Source of the DNA: a virus
Taxonomy: Duplodnaviria > Caudoviricetes
Length of the DNA: 38,542 nt
Virus record (IMG/VR): IMGVR_UViG_3300011336_000137
Coordinates: 1 to 38,542 of that record
Strand: one strand, 5' to 3'
Positions 34,357 to 38,542 of the stretch are shown one piece after another. Each line of letters begins with the position of its first letter. Within the stretch, counting starts at the first letter, position 1. A program made the position numbers and the translations under genes. The notes beneath the pieces are model-generated. The model worked only from the letters and a program-made list of their open reading frames with translations. It made no database searches and was not told where the DNA came from.

Positions 34357-35039
34357 TGCTACCTTGGGACCGCATTGAACCTTGGGACTTCGTAATCGCT
34401 CATGTCTCTGATGAATACCATAAGAAGTATGACATGGTTGAGCGAGAAGATATACAGCAATCACTATACGAATGGTTCCTCAAGCATCCTAATAAGTTAG
34501 ATGAGTGGGAAGCAATCGGACATAAGGATGCTAAGAATCTAATCTATCGTTCGCTTCGCAATCAAGCATTAGATTATTGTCAGGCTTGGAAAGCCAAGTC
34601 AGTTGGCTATGAAACATCAGATTTATTCTACTACGAACCAGATATGGTTGAGGCACTACTGCCTGCAATCTTGCGTGATGACTTTACTGTAATGCCTGTA
34701 CTTAACCTTGGTAAAACAGGGCGACCACCAGCACCATCAGAGGGCGGTAACATGATGGCGATGATGGTCGAAATTAAAGCAGCATACGTTAAGCTAAACG
34801 AAGACGATAAGACTGTCTTGTTCTACAAGTATGCTGAGTCCCTGGACTATGCTGCTATCGCCAAAGAGATGGAGATAGGTAGTGAAGATGCAGCGCGTAT
34901 GCGCCACAATCGTGCTATCAAGAAGTTAATCAATCGTATCGGTGGTTACAAGCCATTCCTAGACAAGGATATCAGCAAGCCAGTAACTGAGATAGACGAC
35001 GAACAACCAGAGCAAGTAAGCGAAGCCGACGATGAGTAG
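34353..35039 (+). CDS. phage RNA polymerase sigma factor (ECF/sigma70-like)
   Basis: EDIQQ region 2, RNQALDY, region 4 HTH (YAAIAKEMEIGSEDAARMRHNRAIKKL). Confidence 0.75.
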   Translation: MMLPWDRIEPWDFVIAHVSDEYHKKYDMVEREDIQQSLYEWFLKHPNKLDEWEAIGHKDAKNLIYRSLRNQALDYCQAWKAKSVGYETSDLFYYEPDMVEALLPAILRDDFTVMPVLNLGKTGRPPAPSEGGNMMAMMVEIKAAYVKLNEDDKTVLFYKYAESLDYAAIAKEMEIGSEDAARMRHNRAIKKLINRIGGYKPFLDKDISKPVTEIDDEQPEQVSEADDE

Positions 35040-35064
35040 TGGTACAAGTACAGGCGAGATAACC

Positions 35065-35514
35065 TTAATAAATAGTCTCAGATATCTTGTCCTGTTCTGA
35101 GTTATAGTTCTCGTATGCTTCGTATGCAGCAATCTCTTTAGCGCGTGCAGTTCTCATGTGCTCTAAGATTACTGCTGGTTTTACCAAATATCCCCTTGAA
35201 GGATTAGGTTGGATGTCACAGGTGATTGGTCTACCGACCTCCCAGATAACTTCCTTGAGTCTAAATAGTGGAACTATAAGTACCGAATCTTCAAGCACGA
35301 ATCCCCAATGCGTAGCCTGACTAACGCGAATCCCAGATGGTTTCCACGCCTGTTCGTTCTGATAGTAACACTCTGTCTCAATGTATAGATTGCCAGTCTT
35401 GACCCACTTCTTGTCGGTCTTGACTTCTACTGTGTCTAGGTGGAGCAAGTCTGCGACCTTGCTCTCACCCTCTAGTCCTGCCCTATAGTCTAAGTCCCAA
35501 TTACTGTCTTTCAT
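35065..35514 (-). CDS. PD-(D/E)XK nuclease-like protein
   Basis: G..GE, TVEVKTD, TGNLYIE and PSGI..S.A..W. Confidence 0.65.
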   Translation of the reverse strand: MKDSNWDLDYRAGLEGESKVADLLHLDTVEVKTDKKWVKTGNLYIETECYYQNEQAWKPSGIRVSQATHWGFVLEDSVLIVPLFRLKEVIWEVGRPITCDIQPNPSRGYLVKPAVILEHMRTARAKEIAAYEAYENYNSEQDKISETIY

Positions 35515-35624
35515 AGACCCTCCATGTATTTTCTGAATGCTTTGTCCCAGTCGTAATTTTCAAAGTACTCCGTGATACCTTCAACAATTTGGTCTTGTAA
35601 TTTCTGCATCTCTTCATCGGTCAT
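35511..35624 (-). CDS. small acidic protein, 37 aa
   Basis: GGAGG RBS; ATGA coupling; read manually. Confidence 0.6.
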   Translation of the reverse strand: MTDEEMQKLQDQIVEGITEYFENYDWDKAFRKYMEGL

Positions 35625-35801
35625 TTACCCTCCTGTAGAATAGAAGCCAGAGCCATTGAATTTTACTGGTGGAGCACTGTAAACTCTAGCCATTAAGTCA
35701 TTACATACATCACAGTACGGGATGATTTCATCCTCCGTCATTCCGCGCTGAATAGTTTGTGTCGAGCCGTCGGCTTTACACGCATACTCGTATGATGCCA
35801 T
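35625..35801 (-). CDS. FmdB-family zinc-ribbon protein, 58 aa
   Basis: MASYEYAC...CDVC..LMARVYS...FNGSGFYST; read manually. Confidence 0.75.
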   Translation of the reverse strand: MASYEYACKADGSTQTIQRGMTEDEIIPYCDVCNDLMARVYSAPPVKFNGSGFYSTGG

Positions 35802-36196
35802 TAGTACCAGCCTTTCCGTTCATGAAATTTCCATGCCATGCATGGTGTGCCGTATCTGTGCATAATGTAGGCGAAGCCTCTATCAATCTGCAAAGGTGCA
35901 GGAATGGTAGGGTCTAAGCCTAGTATCTGCGGTATACCACCAGCATTCTTGCCCATTACTTTTACCTTGTTGTACGCCTCTGAACGCCAGTTGGATTCCT
36001 GTGTCCAGAGTTTATCTAAGCACTCGTACTGATTGTCTGCCCACGCTAACACTACATCTTTAGCGTAAGCCTTGCTATCTTCAACTACCCATGCTCGTTC
36101 GGTAATCTGTTTCTCTGTCGGGCTAGCCCGATGACCTATGGCGTAGACCACCAGACCTACAACTACAACTGCTAGTAGTATTTTCTTTTGCATCAT
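35801..36196 (-). CDS. membrane-anchored lytic transglycosylase (SLT/lysozyme-like)
   Basis: N-terminal TM; CL..LW..ESNW, A.GIPQ and Y...RYG.PC.AW...GWY. Confidence 0.8.
   Translation of the reverse strand: MMQKKILLAVVVVGLVVYAIGHRASPTEKQITERAWVVEDSKAYAKDVVLAWADNQYECLDKLWTQESNWRSEAYNKVKVMGKNAGGIPQILGLDPTIPAPLQIDRGFAYIMHRYGTPCMAWKFHERKGWY
36116..36133. repeat. 18-bp palindromic repeat, degenerate copy 5
   Basis: TGTCGGGCTAGCCCGATG, inside the transglycosylase gene. Confidence 0.75.
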
Positions 36197-36600
36197 GCCT
36201 CCAAGTAAGGTCTAATCCTTATCGCAAACATGGTCGCTGCTTCTTCTTCATCGGCAGTAACCTTACGACTTGGACCTACTTCGTCACTATACCTAGAGCG
36301 AACCTTTCGCCCTGTGTTATAGGGGTCGACTCGATAGTCAAGCCCTTGTTCCTTAGCCATCGCTATTCTTTGACCAGCAAGTGTACCACCCCAAATACCA
36401 TACGCTAGATTCTCAGGCTTCATGCCTTCCTCTAGGCACTTCTCCTGAATGGGACATCTGCCACACATGTTCATAGCATACTTAATCTCTGGCACCATGC
36501 GTCGCAGTATCGTGTCAGGTCTTCCGCCATTGGGTACAGTAGGAAACCAAGCGTCTGGATTCTCATCATTGGTACACAGCCCTCGCAGTTGGCTAATCAT
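36193..36600 (-). CDS. whiB: WhiB-family Fe-S transcription factor
   Basis: C...PDAWFP...CxxC.....C and YGIWGG; start uncertain (36600 or 36630). Confidence 0.88.
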   Translation of the reverse strand: MISQLRGLCTNDENPDAWFPTVPNGGRPDTILRRMVPEIKYAMNMCGRCPIQEKCLEEGMKPENLAYGIWGGTLAGQRIAMAKEQGLDYRVDPYNTGRKVRSRYSDEVGPSRKVTADEEEAATMFAIRIRPYLEA

Positions 36601-36724
36601 CTCCCCACATCCTATCTGGTTCCCCGTCATAGTCTACTAGGTCGTCAAGTACATCTTCATCGAGTTCCTCGTAATCATCATCTAACTCGAATACATCATC
36701 ATTCAATGGTGGTTCGTAACTCAT
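36593..36724 (-). CDS. highly acidic peptide, 43 aa (20 D/E)
   Basis: MSYEPPLNDDVFELDDDYEELDEDVLDDLVDYDGEPDRMWGDD; GAGGGG RBS; ATGA coupling; read manually. Confidence 0.65.
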   Translation of the reverse strand: MSYEPPLNDDVFELDDDYEELDEDVLDDLVDYDGEPDRMWGDD

Positions 36725-36831
36725 TGTTCCCCCTCACATTCGTCACATTCTTTGCATAGCCCACAGTCTTCACATGTAAAGTTATACTGTTCACATATCT
36801 CACAGTATGGTACGGCATAAGGTCCACTCAC
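36721..36831 (-). CDS. Cys-rich peptide, 36 aa
   Basis: CEIC...CEDCGLCKECDEC; GGAGG RBS; GTGA coupling; read manually. Confidence 0.6.
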   Translation of the reverse strand: MSGPYAVPYCEICEQYNFTCEDCGLCKECDECEGEQ

Positions 36832-36962
36832 GCTACCTCCCTTAATAGTAATCGTACTTGTGCTATCTTTTTATCCAGACGGATGTCTGTTTCTGATGTT
36901 AAGTATTGCAGGTAATCAATCAAGACTTCCCGCAATTGTTCTCGCTGTTCGGTGGTCATCAT
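36828..36962 (-). CDS. small helical protein, 44 aa
   Basis: AGGAG RBS; MMTTEQREQLREVLIDY...; read manually. Confidence 0.6.
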   Translation of the reverse strand: MMTTEQREQLREVLIDYLQYLTSETDIRLDKKIAQVRLLLREVA

Positions 36963-36966
36963 ACTC

Positions 36967-37182
36967 CTATCCTGCGTTCCATGAGGGTACAAATACTCTG
37001 TACACCTCTACATTTACTAGTTCCTTGCCCCACTCTAGGGCAAGTTCTTTGGTGTCGAACGGACCATAATGTACGAGTCCGTCAACAGTTTGTGTCGAAG
37101 TTATCCAGCCAGCAACCCACATGCCTGCGAATGGGTCTGTCTGTCGGGCTAACCCGACGCTAGAATCCGAAGTAGTTGTCAT
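36967..37182 (-). CDS. hypothetical protein (YGPFDTKELALEW)
   Basis: C-terminal part of track ORF 36967-37320; start at 37182 or 37122. Confidence 0.6.
   Translation of the reverse strand: MTTTSDSSVGLARQTDPFAGMWVAGWITSTQTVDGLVHYGPFDTKELALEWGKELVNVEVYRVFVPSWNAG
37142..37159. repeat. 18-bp palindromic repeat, copy 6
   Basis: TGTCGGGCTAACCCGACG, immediately after the GATase stop codon. Confidence 0.93.
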
Positions 37183-38014
37183 AGCGCCACGCATTACCTT
37201 TCTTACTAGATTCGTATCGGTCGGACTCAGGTGTCCAGCATAGGCAAGTGTCTTGGTACATGCCGTCACAGTCATAGCATGTAAAGCACATCTCGCAATA
37301 GTACGGGTTAGCGTTCTCACTCTGGAAGTTGATAGTCAAACAATGGGCGCATGTGATGTCCGCTTCTTCATCATAGCCACTATCATTGAGAGATAACGCA
37401 GAAGCTTTACTGGGTGTACCCAAGTAAGTACTCCATGTAGATTGCTTGTAGGTAGAGTTAGACCACCACATGCCTTCGTTATCCCAGAAACCAGAGGACT
37501 CGTTGATAATGTAGCAAGTCTCCTTAGCATCAGGGTCAAGGGTAAAGATAACAATCTTGCTACCTAATGCCCACTTGCTAACCATAGCCCACACATGGTC
37601 GTCATCTAATGCGGCGACACCACCCATAGCAGGCAAGGTATCCTCTGCAAAGATACGCGTGTCACTTCTGCGGTCGCCAGCAGAGATGTTGATGTCAAGG
37701 ATGCCATTGTGCGCTAGGTAAGTATCTGGCGCAAAGGTAGCATCATACGGCACCTTGAATGGGTGACAGTTGTCCTCATTCTTGACACCATGCGTTGCAT
37801 AGCGAGCATGGAACATAGCGTAACTATCTGGATACTGCTTGCGTACTTCTAGGAATTGCTTGATGATTTTCTTGCTAGACATACCACGACCTGTGATTAT
37901 GCCGTTAGGTGTTACTACCGCAAAGCCAAAGCCATGCGGATTATTACATGATGCACATTCCAAGTCCTTCTTACGAGGCGTGGAATTAGGCGAGGCAACA
38001 ACGAGTAGGCACAC
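37160..38014 (-). CDS. class II glutamine amidotransferase with Cys-rich C-terminal extension
   Basis: N-terminal Cys (MCLL), NPHGFG, HARYATHG, NCHPF, HNG and SDT. Confidence 0.9.
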   Translation of the reverse strand: MCLLVVASPNSTPRKKDLECASCNNPHGFGFAVVTPNGIITGRGMSSKKIIKQFLEVRKQYPDSYAMFHARYATHGVKNEDNCHPFKVPYDATFAPDTYLAHNGILDINISAGDRRSDTRIFAEDTLPAMGGVAALDDDHVWAMVSKWALGSKIVIFTLDPDAKETCYIINESSGFWDNEGMWWSNSTYKQSTWSTYLGTPSKASALSLNDSGYDEEADITCAHCLTINFQSENANPYYCEMCFTCYDCDGMYQDTCLCWTPESDRYESSKKGNAWRYDNYFGF

Positions 38015-38542
38015 TAGATGCTCACATTCTGTCGGGCTAACCCGACGGGTAGGGTTGGTGTAATTACTTTGTCGATACGGGCAACAAGTTCTGGGTACAG
38101 TAACTCATGCTCGAAGATGTACCACATGAAGTTATCAGATGTCAGCGCACCTTGCGTTACATCTTGAACAGTAAGATTACGGGTATACTCAACGCTGGCA
38201 TGCGCTAAGTCTATTTGGGCTTTGATAGTGTCACTATTGACGGAACCTCGGAAGATACGCATCTCTAGTGTTGCATAGTTGTTGGTATTGACCGCAGAAT
38301 AGCGGTCACTATTGCGGTTATTATCTAACTTGTGCTTGAAGGTACGCTTGGTCTCAATCTCGTACCCTGTATCTTGGCTAAAGATGCGGTCGCCATTAGC
38401 ATCACGCTTGTACTCACGCATGAAGATGTCGTCAAACTTAGCCCATTGTTCAGAGGTACGACCAGCAAGCGTAGAATAAAACTCAGGATTAGAATACACA
38501 AGGTGGAGGAAGCGGATCATGTGTGCGCCACCACTAAACCCA
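38014..38542 (-). CDS. putative amidoligase (COOH-NH2 ligase, Amidoligase_2-like), 5'-truncated
   Basis: RYSAVN...TLEMRIFRGS motif; coupled to GATase-II; frame runs off the window end. Confidence 0.8.
   Translation of the reverse strand, partial: GFSGGAHMIRFLHLVYSNPEFYSTLAGRTSEQWAKFDDIFMREYKRDANGDRIFSQDTGYEIETKRTFKHKLDNNRNSDRYSAVNTNNYATLEMRIFRGSVNSDTIKAQIDLAHASVEYTRNLTVQDVTQGALTSDNFMWYIFEHELLYPELVARIDKVITPTLPVGLARQNVSI
38030..38047. repeat. 18-bp palindromic repeat, copy 7
   Basis: TGTCGGGCTAACCCGACG in the last codons of the amidoligase, ~16 nt before the GATase start. Confidence 0.93.

Noticed and set aside
1-38542. Prophage/integration module or alternative genetic code
   Set aside because: No integrase, repressor or host genes in the window; ORFs are long and tightly coupled under the standard code, with all three stop codons used

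Overview
Near-complete, circularly permuted genome (~38.5 kb) of a tailed dsDNA phage. It is probably podovirus-like (no tape measure or tail tube; large internal virion proteins), and the whiB gene plus a likely leaderless promoter point to an actinobacterial host, plausibly freshwater Actinobacteria (inference). There are three blocks. (1) A leftward early arm is split across both window ends (1-1607 and 35065-38542); it carries small ORFs, WhiB, a transglycosylase and an amidoligase + class II glutamine amidotransferase pair. (2) A rightward packaging/structural/lysis block (2333-28246) carries terminase, portal, a proteasome-type Ntn peptidase, internal virion proteins, scaffold, major capsid, seven tiny Lys-rich proteins, tail proteins, a glycosyltransferase, endolysin and holins. 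(3) A rightward replication block (28632-35039) carries a split Cas4/AddB-like nuclease, DnaB-like helicase, resolvase, split primase, HNH, phosphoesterase, methyltransferase and a sigma factor. No DNA polymerase or integrase is visible. The most unusual signals are non-coding: an 18-bp palindrome repeated 7 times in one orientation only in the early arm; a dense array of host-type binding sites (DnaA boxes, 11-bp-phased TCTCAG repeats resembling MprA boxes, several palindromes) in the divergent intergenic region; a tRNA-like leader RNA; and two pseudoknots. All protein calls come from motif recognition by eye, not database searches.
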